Below the pieces are notes generated by a model. That model was not told the DNA's origin. It was given only the letters and a program-made list of their open reading frames with translations, and searched no databases. The translations under genes were made by a program, and so were the position numbers. From assembly GCF_004010195.1 (NCBI RefSeq), contig NC_057749.1, positions 17,744,203-17,780,089 on the forward strand: 35,887 nt of DNA. Direction: 5' to 3'. The DNA comes from Chiloscyllium plagiosum (taxonomy: Eukaryota). Positions 10,215-21,724 of the stretch are shown here, one piece after another. Numbering within the stretch: the first letter of the stretch is position 1; the number at the start of each line of letters is the position of its first letter.

Positions 10215-10622
10215 AGGGGATGTCCTAATGGTATTATCCCTAGACTATTAATCTAGTAATTCCGATAATGTTCTGGAGGCTGTGTTTGTATCTGCCACCG
10301 CAGATGGTGGAACTTGAATTCGATATAAAATATCCGAAATTAAGAATCTATCGATGACGATGAAAAAAACCATTGTCGGGGGAATATCACGTCCAGTTCA
10401 CCAAAGTCCTTCAGGGTAAGAAATCTGCCATCCTCACCTGGTCTGGACTACATGTGACTCCAGACCCACATAATGTGGTTGACTCTCAATTTCCCTCTGA
10501 AATGGCCTAACAAGCCTTTCAGTTGCACCCAATAGCTACAAAGTCCCTTCACAGGCAACTGGGGATGTGCACTGAGTGCTGGCCCACCAACAATCCCCAC
10601 ATCCCCACAAATGATTTTTTTA
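10215..10622 (+). mobile_element. tRNA-derived SINE (possibly SacSINE1/DeuSINE-like), within a split Penelope-derived remnant (about 10125-10212 and 10625-10675)
   Basis: Shares CAGATGGTG..., CCT(C/T)ACCTGGTCTGG(A/C)CTACA and TCCAGACCCACA with 15783-16040. The family name is from recollection. Confidence 0.6.
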
Positions 10623-11129
10623 AGAAAGGAACAGTGTTAATGTTTCAAATCCCATGACATCCTCAGAACTGAACTGAATACCATTATACTTCATCTCTAC
10701 CTCTCCCCTCATACCCATTAATCCCTTCCTCGGCCTTTTGAGCTGGGCACCTCACCATGTCTTTCACTCAGTCCTCCTTCCCCTTTGCCAGCAGCATAAA
10801 ACCCATTGGTCTCCAGTTCCTTTCATTGCAGAGAAGAGTCATCTTTGACTCCAGGTATAGACTCTGTTTCTGATGCTGTCAGATCTGTTGCATTTCTCCA
10901 GCTCTTCCTCTGATCTAGAAAGGTGCAGACAAGTTGTTAATGCTGCCTGAGACAGGGACGTGTGGGGGAGTTTAGTGGATGGATTTGGGGGTTCCAGCTC
11001 CAATACATTGACTTGTGTATGTAGACGTGGCTGACACTCTCAGACACGGCAACATTCCAATGAGGTACTAATTCCAAGACCATGTCTGTCCTCTCAGGCA
11101 GGTGTGGCAGATTTCATGGCACTATTCAT

Positions 11130-11522
11130 CAAAACATACAAAATAGGAGTGGGAATAGGCCATTCGGCTGTTCGAGCCTGCTCCACCATTCAATATGATC
11201 ATAGCTGATCATCCTACTTAGTACTTCCTGCTTTCACCCCAGACTCTTTGGCCCCTTTCACCCTAAGAACTATATCAAATTCCTTCCTGAAAATATTCAA
11301 TGTTTTGCACAACTGCTTTCTGTACAGAGAATTCCACAGGCTCACCACTGTCTGTCTGAGTGAAGACATTTCTCTCATCTCAATCCTAAATGGCCCATTT
11401 CCTCAGACTGTGTTCCCTGGTTCTGGACTTCCCTGGTCATTGGGAACATCCTCCCTGCATCCACCCTCTCCAGCCCTGTTAGAATTTTATAGGTCTCTAG
11501 GATGGGTCCCCTCATTCTTCTG
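11130..11522 (-). mobile_element. CR1 LINE 3' end
   Basis: Minus peptide RRMRGPILETYKILTGLERVDAGRMFP followed by a CR1-type 3' UTR (GCAGGCTCGAACAGCCGAATGGCCTA). Confidence 0.85.
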
Positions 11523-11529
11523 TTTGAAG

Positions 11530-11822
11530 CAGTGGTTAGCACTGCTGCCTCACAGCGCCAGAGACCCGGGTTCAATTCCCGACTCGGGCGACTGTCTGTG
11601 TGGAGTTTGCACATTCTCCCCGTGTCTGCGTGGGTTTCCTCCAGGTGCTCTGGTTTCCTCCCATAATCCAAAAATGTGCAGGTTAGGTGAATTGACCATG
11701 CTAAATTGTCCGCAGTATTAGGTGAAGGGGTAAATGTATGGCTCTGGGTGGTATACGCTTCGGCGGGTCGGTGTGGACTTGTTGGGCCGAAGGGCCTGTT
11801 TCCACACTATAAGTGATCTAAT
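11530..11822 (+). mobile_element. HE1-type V-SINE
   Basis: CAGTGGTTAGCACTGCTGCCTCACAGCGCCAGAGACCCGGGTTCAATTCC head; ends GGGCCTGTTTCCACACT...TCTAA. Confidence 0.9.
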
Positions 11823-11844
11823 ATCGAGAGCAGGGTAAGTCTTT

Positions 11845-12100
11845 TAGTTGGATAGAGGTCTTAAGGATAGTGGAATCAAAGATTATGGGGATAAGGCAGG
11901 AACAGGACACTGATTGAGGATGAGATGGAAATGTGTTGCTGGAGAAGCGCAGCAGGTCAGGCAGCATCTAGGGAACAGGAGAATCGATGTTTCGGGCATT
12001 AGCCCTTCTTCAGGAAAGAGGATGATCAGCCATGATCATAATGAATGGTGCAGGCTCGAAGGGCAGAATGGCCTACTCCTGCACCTAATGTCTATTGTCT
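11845..12100 (+). mobile_element. CR1 3' UTR fragment interrupted by a short Penelope-derived insert (11924-12017)
   Basis: CR1 tail GCAGGCTCGAAGGGCAGAATGGCCTACTCCTG. The insert matches 28660-28745 and is flanked by GAGGATGA at 11916-11923 and 12018-12025. Confidence 0.75.
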
Positions 12101-13109
12101 CCCTAGTCTCCCATTGCTATCCATAATATTTTAATCAATGCAGGGTGATACAATATAACGGAGATACGCAAGAGAACAGGAAATATTGAACATCACTGTT
12201 CAAGTCATTAGCTACGACAGCAATGCTGTTTTGTGGGTTCTGTTTGTAGAAACCATTCTTCATCCAGTTTCAGGAATAAAATGTATTTAAATACATCCTT
12301 AGAATATTTCTTGCTGACTCAGGCTCATCTATTCCTGGTTTGAAATGCCCCATGTCCCAGGTGCAGCAGGGATGTGGAGGTTCAGCATCAGACTCTTCCC
12401 AGCACCCACAACGCTGGAGAGGCAGGAAGCCATCCTTGGCTCAGAGCAACTGCCTCATAGTCAAACCCCCATCTTGTTTGTGAATCTTGAACTGACAGGT
12501 TGGGAGTATCTCCACACTATCACCCAGAGTCACTCTCCCTGAGTCAGTAACATAGCTGCAATATTTAAGCGTTGTATTGTAGACAATTGTAAAGCATGAA
12601 ACAGGATTAATGTCCATTGCAATGAGAACGTGAGGAGATTTGTAGACTGGAGTTGACTGTATACCATGGGAGTGACTGCAGTGACACACTTTACAGGAGA
12701 AGATGCTGTATAAATCAGGCATCTATTTATATTGTGATGTGAATCATTATTTTCTGCACATAATAAATTAACTGAGGGTAATCTTGTTGTAGTAAAGAAG
12801 TTCCCTGATAACATGTGAAACACTTTTTTTTTATCGAATCCAATTTGCTTTACTCCAGTCATGTCTATCATTCTTGTGCTGGAAATCTTTTTACTTAACC
12901 AGGACCCACTGGAGAATCTTGTTCAGCTCATTGATACAATGGGCATCTTAACAATGTTTAGTATAATCTGATTTTAATTCACTTCAATGCATTCAGAGTA
13001 TTTGAGAGTCCTCAGCTGTAAGGAGTACAACAGTCTGTAGTTCATCGTCACACACAGTCGAGTTTTATTCAGAACCAAGCCCTGGTCTTTCTTGTTGAGA
13101 TAGAGAGAG

Positions 13110-13325
13110 AAAGACAGGAAGCCTTCTCACACAGTGAGTGGTGAGGTACTGTCTGAGAGCATGGGGGAGGCAGGTTAACTCGACTGGTGAGGTTCTGAAT
13201 GTACTGCCTGAGAGTGGGTGCCTGACTAAGTACACTGGGTAATGGGGAGAATGGTGCTGGAGAACTGCTCCAGACACAATGGCTGAAAGACCTCCTACTG
13301 CACTGTATCAATTCTCTGATTCTGT
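13110..13325 (+). mobile_element. Old CR1-like 3' end
   Basis: CTTCTCACACAGTGAGTGGTGAGG and terminal GGCTGAAAGACCTCCTACTGCACTGTATCAATTCTCTGATTCT. Confidence 0.5.
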
Positions 13326-13560
13326 GAAACACCTCATTGAGGACATAACCAGCAGAGTTACTAGTTTAACCAAGATAATCAGATTAGTTGAGGATGGTGA
13401 TAATCCTGAATGTTAGGATTGTAATGCTCTCATGGCTTTTGCTGGAGTAATATATCCCAAACTGCTTCATGGCTGCATGATCAAACTAAACTTAACAAGA
13501 CAATATTCAGGCAGGTAGCCAAAAGCTTGGCTGCTGAGATAGATTTTGAGCATTGTTTTA

Positions 13561-14195
13561 TTTTTTTTTCTTTTTTTGGAAAACACCCGAGTGGCCAGTG
13601 ACAAACACTGCCCTTAACACTCCTTTTTTTTTTCTTTAACCCCCACACTACCACCTAAGTGCGGTAGTGCTTATTTTATCCCCAGCACCCATGGTGTGTG
13701 TGTGCAGGTGGGAGACACAGTGGAAGACACAAAGTGCACCAATCTTTATTCNNNNNNNNNNNNNNNNNNNNNNNNNNNNNNNNNNNNNNNNNNNNNNNNN
13801 NNNNNNNNNNNNNNNNNNNNNNNNNNNNNNNNNNNNNNNNNNNNNNNNNNNNNNNNNNNNNNNNNNNNNNNNNNNNNNNNNNNNNNNNNNNNNNNNNNNN
13901 NNNNNNNNNNNNNNNNNNNNNNNNNNNNNNNNNNNNNNNNNNNNNNNNNNNNNNNNNNNNNNNNNNNNNNNNNNNNNNNNNNNNNNNNNNNNNNNNNNNA
14001 TGGCCAGTTTGGCCAGGCCCAGGGGCAGACCCACGAGGAGGTCTTCAGACCTGCCCTCCTTCCTCCGTACCGGGTGCCCAAAGATCAGGAGCGTGGGACT
14101 GAAGTGCAGCCAAAAATAGAGGAGAAGGTTTTTAAGGAAATCAAAAAGGGAGTGCAAACGCCCACACCCAATATAGACGTGGTCCACGGACTCCA
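13561..14195 (-). mobile_element. 5'-truncated Tx1-clade non-LTR retrotransposon (ORF2 C-terminus, 3' UTR, poly(A)) with a second short unit
   Basis: Peptide ESVDHVYIGCGRLHSLFDFLKNLLLYFWLHFSPTLLIFGHP...LGLAKLA (end of the L1/Tx1 CCHC knuckle). The 3' UTR matches the 257-2570 units. A 15-bp TSD TTGAGCATTGTTTTA at 13546-13560 and 14196-14210 ties both sides of the N-gap together. Confidence 0.85.
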
Positions 14196-15064
14196 TTGAG
14201 CATTGTTTTAAAGGAAGAAAGAAAGATTGTGATAGGCTGGAAGGTTTAAGGAAGCAATTCCAGGGCTTAGGAATTCAGCAGCTAAAGGCGCTGTCACCAT
14301 TAATGGTGGAGCCGTGTAAAACTGTGGGGGCACTCGAGTGACCCAGCAATGTAAAACTGGGGGAGGTGTTTGAGTGACCAGAATTAGAGGAACACAGATA
14401 TCTCCAGATGGTTGTAGAGTTGGAGGAGGTTACAGAGAAAGGGCTGAGGCCATTGGGGGATTTGATAAGAAGGTTAATGGTATTAAAATGGGTGGGATGT
14501 TAATGTGCACTGGGGAGACATGTGAACCTGGTTCAAGTTGGGGCATGGCAGAGTTTTGGATCTGTTCAGCTTTACAGTGTAGGAGTGCAGTTAGGAGACA
14601 ACTGGATCCACTTACAAACGTACTTTGTTAATTTTCCAATCTATAAATGCTCAGTAATGATAGAGATTTTCTCTCCTTTGTGGGATCTGATCTCAGTGAC
14701 ACCTTTAGTTTGCAAATTTGGCAGTTGTTTGTATGTGCAAATTGTCAATCTACATTGCATTTCTAAAGGGTTTCTGCCCTCTGGGACTAGCTGTCATTTC
14801 TCGTTATTGCAATTTCTGACACATAATCTATCTCAGAGACATCCTTAATAGAGTCAGTAGGAAACAATACTGTGTCTGTTGTTGCCTGCAGTATATTTCT
14901 GGGGGTATTTGGCACAGATGGTGGCAGACTTGTTTCAAATATTATACCTGGCCTGACGATTTCCCAGGAGAACATTAAGCATCCAGCATTTTTGACGAGA
15001 CATGAACAGAAGTATGGTTTTATTGAGAGAATGTCTTTCCTGGCACCAGTTCATGCCATGAAAT

Positions 15065-15412
15065 CATAATCAGATATAGGAGCAGAAATAGGCTATTCAG
15101 CCTATCGATTCTATCCCTCCATCCAATGGGATTGTGGCTGTTCTGATTAATCCTCAAATCCACTTTCCTACCTTCTCCCCATAATCTTCCATTTCCTTAC
15201 TGATTTAAAAAAAATCTGTCTATTGAATGTATTCAATGACGGAGTTTTCACTGTGCTCTGCAGCAAGGAATTTCACAAATTCACTATCCTCTGAGAGGAG
15301 AACATCCTCCTCATCTTGCTGCGAAAGTGTTGAGCCGTTATCCTGAGGTGATGACCCCTGGTCCGAGCCCATCCCGTCTCCCCTGTCAGCTCCCTAAGAA
15401 TCTGATAGATTT
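15065..15412 (-). mobile_element. CR1 LINE 3' end, diverged
   Basis: Begins ATAGGAGCAGAAATAGGCTATTCAGCC; colinear with 11130-11500. Confidence 0.7.
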
Positions 15413-15782
15413 CCACCATTATGTATGTGTCATACCCTGGGATAGGGATGGGGCCCAGGATTGCTCAGTGTAGGTTGTTCTTGGGAAAAATACTCCATTG
15501 GCTCAGTGTCTCCAGTAAGGACAGGGGAGGGTGCTGTTTGTGGAAGACATCTGTCCAGCAGTTGAATGGTAAGGAGGGAGAAGTATGTTTAATTCTTTCA
15601 AGTTATTCATTCATGCTGTGTGGGTGTGAAAGGCTCAGCCAGCCTTAGTTCCCCATTGCAAACTGTTCTTGAAAAGGTGATGGTCAGACTTAAGCCACTG
15701 CAGTTACACCCAGTGGTGCTAGGCAGGGAATCCCAGGGTATAGATCCAGTGACACCGAGGCAGTGGCAGTATTTTAGGGGAG

Positions 15783-16040
15783 ATGATGGCCTGGTGGTTG
15801 TTGACCAAGACACCTAGGGAACGTTCCAGGGGCCCGGGTTCGAATCCACAACAGATGGTGCAATTTGGAACTTAATAAAAAAATTCTGGAATTAAGAGCC
15901 TAATGATGACCATTGTCAGAAAACCCATCTGGGTCACTACTGTCCTTTAGGGAAGGAAACCACTATCCTTACCTGGTCTGGCCTACACATGATTCCAGAC
16001 CCACAGCAATGTGGGTGACTCGAAACTGCCCTCTGGCCTA
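15783..16040 (+). mobile_element. tRNA-derived SINE (same family as 10215-10622)
   Basis: B-box CCCGGGTTCGAATCC; shared core GTCCTTTAGGGAAGGAAA...CCTTACCTGGTCTGGCCTACA. Confidence 0.65.
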
Positions 16041-16629
16041 ACCAGTGACACCCTCAAGACATCAGAGACCAGGCAGAGCCCCCCTGCTCTTCCCAGAGAT
16101 AGTGACGTGGGATCTTTACATTCAGACTGGCTCTTGGTTTAATGTCACACCTGAAAGACTGCACCTTCAACAGTATCTTCTCAGATCAACAGTGGAGGAG
16201 TCAGCGAGATTGAGTTGGAAACTCTCCAAAGATGCTGTTCAACCTACAGCCAACTACCTCAGCGAGACTGAGGGCCTGCCGACTGGGGGAGAGGGATGGG
16301 CTGGGGTGGGGTGGAGACTGAGGGGCACCCATTGAGTGGCGTCTCAGTCTTGGCTTTGCAGCAGTGTTGTGAAGATTGCCTCCCTAACCACATCGTCAGG
16401 TGCTATTGTTTGCGCGAAATTATGCTTTAATCAGTTCGGTTTCCTTCTGCCAGAATGCGGTTCCAGATGCTGCTTTGAGCTGTTGAGTATTTGGAGCATT
16501 TTCTGTTTTCTGTCCTGGCTGATGTCCCTCCCCCTTTCAGTCCCAGAGCTCATTCACAGAGATCTCTGTTGTGGGGGACATACCACTGCATTGTTTGCCT
16601 ACCTGACAACTAAGTAAACTTTAACAAAT

Positions 16630-17972
16630 AGATGGTGACACCTTGCAAAATGTCCAGATTACAGAGGAGGAAGTGCTGGATGTCTTGAAACGCATAAAGG
16701 TGGATAAATCCCCAGGACCTGATCAGGTGTACCCTAGAACTCTGTGGGAAGCTAGAGAAGTGATTGCTGGGCCTCTTACTGAGATATTTGTATCATCGAT
16801 AGTCACAGATAAGGTGCTGGGAGACTGGAGGTTAGCTAACGTGGTGCCACTGTTTAAGAAGGATGGTAAGGACAAACCAGGGAACTATAGACCGGTGAGC
16901 CTGACATCGGTGGTGGGCGAGTTGTTGGAGGGAATCCTGAGGGACAGGATGTACATGTATTTGGAAAGGCAAGGACTGATTCGGGATAGTCAACATGGCT
17001 TTGTGCATGGGAAATCATATCTCACAAACTTGATTGAGTTTTTTGAAGAAGTAANNNNNNNNNNNNNNNNNNNNNNNNNNNNNNNNNNNNNNNNNNNNNN
17101 NNNNNNNNNNNNNNNNNNNNNNNNNNNNNNNNNNNNNNNNNNNNNNNNNNNNNNNNNNNNNNNNNNNNNNNNNNNNNNNNNNNNNNNNNNNNNNNNNNNN
17201 NNNNNNNNNNNNNNNNNNNNNNNNNNNNNNNNNNNNNNNNNNNNNNNNNNNNNNNNNNNNNNNNNNNNNNNNNNNNNNNNNNNNNNNNNNNNNNNNNNNN
17301 NNNNNNNNNNNNNNNNNNNNNNNNNNNNNNNNNNNNNNNNNNNNNNNNNNNNNNNNNNNNNNNNNNNNNNNNNNNNNNNNNNNNNNNNNNNNNNNNNNNN
17401 NNNNNNNNNNNNNNNNNNNNNNNNNNNNNNNNNNNNNNNNNNNNNNNNNNNNNNNNNNNNNNNNNNNNNNNNNNNNNNNNNNNNNNNNNNNNNNNNNNNN
17501 NNNNNNNNNNNNNNNNNNNNNNNNNNNNNNNNNNNNNNNNNNNNNNNNNNNNNNNNNNNNNNNNNNNNNNNNNNNNNNNNNNNNNNNNNNNNNNNNNNNN
17601 NNNNNNNNNNNNNNNNNNNNNNNNNNNNNNNNNNNNNNNNNNNNNNNNNNNNNNNNNNNNNNNNNNNNNNNNNNNNNNNNNNNNNNNNNNNNNNNNNNNN
17701 NNNNNNNNNNNNNNNNNNNNNNNNNNNNNNNNNNNNNNNNNNNNNNNNNNNNNNNNNNNNNNNNNNNNNNNNNNNNNNAGGAAGTGGTGGAGGCTGGTAC
17801 AATTGCAACATTTAAGAGGCATTTGGATGGGTATATGAATAGGAAGGATTTGGAGGGATATGGGCAGGGTGCTGGCAGGTGGGACTAGATTGGGTTGGGA
17901 TATCTGGTCGGCATGGACGGGTTGGTCTGAAGGGTCTATTTCCACGCTGTACATCTCTATGACTCTACGACT
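16630..17972 (+). mobile_element. CR1 LINE ORF2 (RT region) through to the 3' end, spanning an N-gap
   Basis: Peptide KSPGPDQVYPRTLWE...DWRLANVVPLFKK...NYRPVSLTSVVGELLE...SQHGF...LTNLIEFFEEV; after the gap a CR1 3' UTR ends CTCTATGACTCTA. Confidence 0.92.
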
Positions 17973-20259
17973 GTAAATAATTCATTGGGTAAATGTCCCA
18001 AAGTGCTTGATGCAATGTGATGTGGTTCTCTATCAGTAGGGACACTGTAAATAACAATTATATTGTCTCTGGTGAGAAGTGATTCGGATATCCTTTCACC
18101 AATGCTTTGTCAGACTGGAGAGTGGGGCAGCCCTTTATGTGACAGATGTTTGGGTCAGTGTAAAGTGTATTTATTTATCGGTATGATAGTTGGTAAATCT
18201 GGCAGCCCCTCCTCCGCAGGTGCAGTGACCAAGTGTTGTCAGAGTCAGTGAAGCAGACAATTCCCCCAACGTCCCCTTCACTTCCCACACTGCACTGTCG
18301 CTCTCTGTATACACTGGGAACTTCCAGGGTTCAGGTTGTTCTGAGTTATCTGTCCGTGTCTGCAGGTCTCAGCCTCTCACCATCTCCCATGACCTTCCGA
18401 ACTGACCCCCGTTCCTCCCTCTATCCCATCCTTGACCCTTGTATTCCCCAGCTGTGGTCCAACTCTGAATCTAACTGGCCTACGTTTCTCTGATGTTCCT
18501 CTCTGTTTCGGAGACTCTGAGGCTGGAGGAACAGGGGGGTGTCCTTTTCAGCAAAGTACAGAGATGCCACGGCCATTGGGCAAGGGAGAGGGCACTCCAG
18601 AATGGGTTGTGCCTTCTCTCTGAGGTTTTAATGTCTAAAACTGAAGAGCGGCTTTCACAGCCAGGCATCCAGGAATGAGAGACCAGTCCCTCATGGGCCC
18701 ACCTGCAGCTCTTTATGACTCCAGTTCAGGCAGGAGAGTAGCATTTGGCCCTTCAATTATGGGCCAAATGGCCTCCTTCTGCACTATAGCAATTCTGTGA
18801 GGGGGCCCCTGAGCCCTGTCGACCCCTGATCTCCAACCACAGTAGATCTTCCACCCCCCCACATCTGACCACCCCTCAGTCAGCTGAAACACCCCCTCCC
18901 CCACCTCACCCATGGGGAATCCCCCAACAACCATCTCCTATGGCAGCCATTGTTCCAGGGCTCAGTCGGCTGATGGGTTCTCCTGCTTCCAGTCCGCATT
19001 CCTACTCCGGGCCAGTAAGGAGCCTGGAGAAGGAACCCATTGTGAGCTAGCACAAATACATCCTCAGGGATGGTCCAACATGGAGCTGAACCTCCGTGAT
19101 GGAGGTTTGAGGGGGGTCTTGCTGAATTGGCATCAAATGCCCACAATTACGTGCCAGCATGATGTCCTTGCCCTCAGACTGTTGCAGCCCAACTGTGCCA
19201 GTAAAGCACTCACCTGTTCAGTGCATATCCAACTCCCTTCCCCAGCTCAGAGGACAATCCTGTTCCCGCCCCAGGCATCGTTGTGAGGGCACGGCCTGCA
19301 TCATTTCTCACGAGGGGACATTTTAGCCCCGTGTGCCAGATCCCCTTGGGGGGAATTGTCCCCTGTTCACTCCTCAATGTAATTTTCTGGCAGCCAGAAA
19401 TAGGAAGCGGTTATCCCATTGGGCTGGACCCAGGCTTGTATTACTCTGTTCCTGACTGAATTATTGTGCCATTAAGCAGTGTGAACATTGGCATGCTCAC
19501 GAACTGACACATCATTATGCCGGATATTTTTGCATCCCAATCAAATTTCCTCAGGCTCTTCATCATTTCCCTGATGTTTCATTGCTTTCATTTTTTAAAA
19601 TTCAGAATCTCTGAATCAATTCTCGCCTATTGTTAGCATTTTTGACTTCCATTGATCTTTGCGTTGGGTTCCATTTATCAAATACAATAATGCTGTCAGA
19701 ATTTTCTAAACGGGATATATTTCAGCTGCCCTATAACTGTCCTCAGCATCACTCTGGCTTTCTACCTCTCTTAGACGTGCAGTGCTACAGAGGTGAGCTT
19801 GTGCTGGGGTACAGGACCTGGGCTTAATCCTCTCCATTACTCACCCACAGGCCTGTTCCTCACTCACCAGGGCACATAGTGACAATGGGCAATCAGATAC
19901 TATGCTGCCTATACCTTGTTGTAAAATGAACACTGGGACAATGGGGGATGTAACTGAGCTCTGGTGGTTGCTAGATTGGCAGCTGCTGAGGTGTTTAAGG
20001 AGGTGGAAAGGGAGATGGGTGCTTTGCATATCGCTAATTGACGAGCTTGACCATCACACAGGTGGGTCCTGTGTCCTGTTTACTCCAGCTCATACAGATT
20101 AACCAGTAATCCCCAACCGGTGGTCACTCTCACTTACTGGCCACAGACATTTTTTGTAGTCGGGCTTTGGGATGCAGGTATAAAAGGGCAGGAGAGTTAT
20201 CCCTGATGCCACAAGATCATCATGTGTTACTCCCGGTCTGGGCTTGGAACCCATACTCC

Positions 20260-21277
20260 TCTCCTCCTTCTGCCTTTTCCTCTCCCTTCCTCTTTCTCTC
20301 CCTCTCTCTCCCTTACTCTTTCTCTCCCTCTCTCGCTCTTGCTCTCTCTCTTGCTCTCTCTCTTTCTGTTTCTCTGCCCCCCTTCTTTCCCACACTCTCC
20401 CCTCNNNNNNNNNNNNNNNNNNNNNNNNNNNNNNNNNNNNNNNNNNNNNNNNNNNNNNNNNNNNNNNNNNNNNNNNNNNNNNNNNNNNNNNNNNNNNNNN
20501 NNNNNNNNNNNNNNNNNNNNNNNNNNNNNNNNNNNNNNNNNNNNNNNNNNNNNNNNNNNNNNNNNNNNNNNNNNNNNNNNNNNNNNNNNNNNNNNNNNNN
20601 NNNNNNNNNNNNNNNNNNNNNNNNNNNNNNNNNNNNNNNNNNNNNNNNNNNNNNNNNNNNNNNNNNNNNNNNNNNNNNNNNNNNNNNNNNNNNNNNNNNN
20701 NNNNNNNNNNNNNNNNNNNNNNNNNNNNNNNNNNNNNNNNNNNNNNNNNNNNNNNNNNNNNNNNNNNNNNNNNNNNNNNNNNNNNNNNNNNNNNNNNNNN
20801 NNNNNNNNNNNNNNNNNNNNNNNNNNNNNNNNNNNNNNNNNNNNNNNNNNNNNNNNNNNNNNNNNNNNNNNNNNNNNNNNNNNNNNNNNNNNNNNNNNNN
20901 NNNNNNNNNNNNNNNNNNNNNNNNNNNNNNNNNNNNNNNNNNNNNNNNNNNNNNNNNNNNNNNNNNNNNNNNNNNNNNNNNNNNNNNNNNNNNNNNNNNN
21001 NNNNNNNNNNNNNNNNNNNNNNNNNNNNNNNNNNNNNNNNNNNNNNNNNNNNNNNNNNNNNNNNNNNNNNNNNNNNNNNNNNNNNNNNNNNNNNNNNNNN
21101 NNNNNNNNNNNNNNNNNNNNNNNNNNNNNNNNNNNNNNNNNNNNNNNNNNNNNNNNNNNNNNNNNNNNNNNNNNNNNNNNNNNNNNNNNNNNTCTCCCCC
21201 CTCTCTGTCTCTCTCTGTCTCTCTGTCTCTCCCCGCTCTCTGTCTCTCTCTGTCTCTCTGTCTCTCTCTGTCTCTCC
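20260..21277. repeat. CT-rich simple repeat on both sides of an N-gap
   Basis: (CT)n/(CTCTGT)n tracts at about 20260-20404 and 21193-21277. Confidence 0.9.
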
Positions 21278-21512
21278 AAACCCTTCCTATTCATGTACCC
21301 TCCAGATGCCTTTTAAATGCTGTAATTGTACCAGCCTCCACCACTTCCTCTGGCAGCTTGGTTCATGCACACACCACCCTCTGCTTGAAAACATTGTCTT
21401 TTACGTCCCTTCTGCTCACACCTTAATCCTATGTTGTCTAGTTTTGGATTCCCTTACCCTGGGGAAAATGACATTGACTATTCACCCCTCCATGCCCGTC
21501 ATGATTTTATAC
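21278..21512 (-). mobile_element. CR1 ORF2 3' fragment
   Basis: Reverse complement of 17780-17850-type sequence, and colinear with 26260-26420. Confidence 0.8.
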
Positions 21513-21724
21513 AGCGTTGGGTGTCTCTGGAGAAAGCGACCCAAATGGGGAGAAGGATGAGAAGGATCAGGTGGATGTGTAACACAGACTTCACTCTGCG
21601 TGAGTGCTACGTTTTTCCTGTTTAACCTGAATTTCCTTCCTGTAGTTAACTGATGAATGTGGAATGAAGAACCCCTGCTTCAGGATGTTTGGTCAGTCCC
21701 TATGTTCAAATCTCGTGTTACAAG

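Noticed and set aside
11130..12100. Inverted CR1 tails flanking an HE1 as a composite transposon
   Set aside because: The tails are diverged from each other and no enclosing TSD was seen; independent insertions suffice.
19726..19800. Possible small exon ending CAGAG/GTGAGC
   Set aside because: Good donor but an unrecognisable peptide and no supporting partner exon.
20167..21560. ORFs of 355-438 aa
   Set aside because: Composed of N-runs and CT microsatellite.
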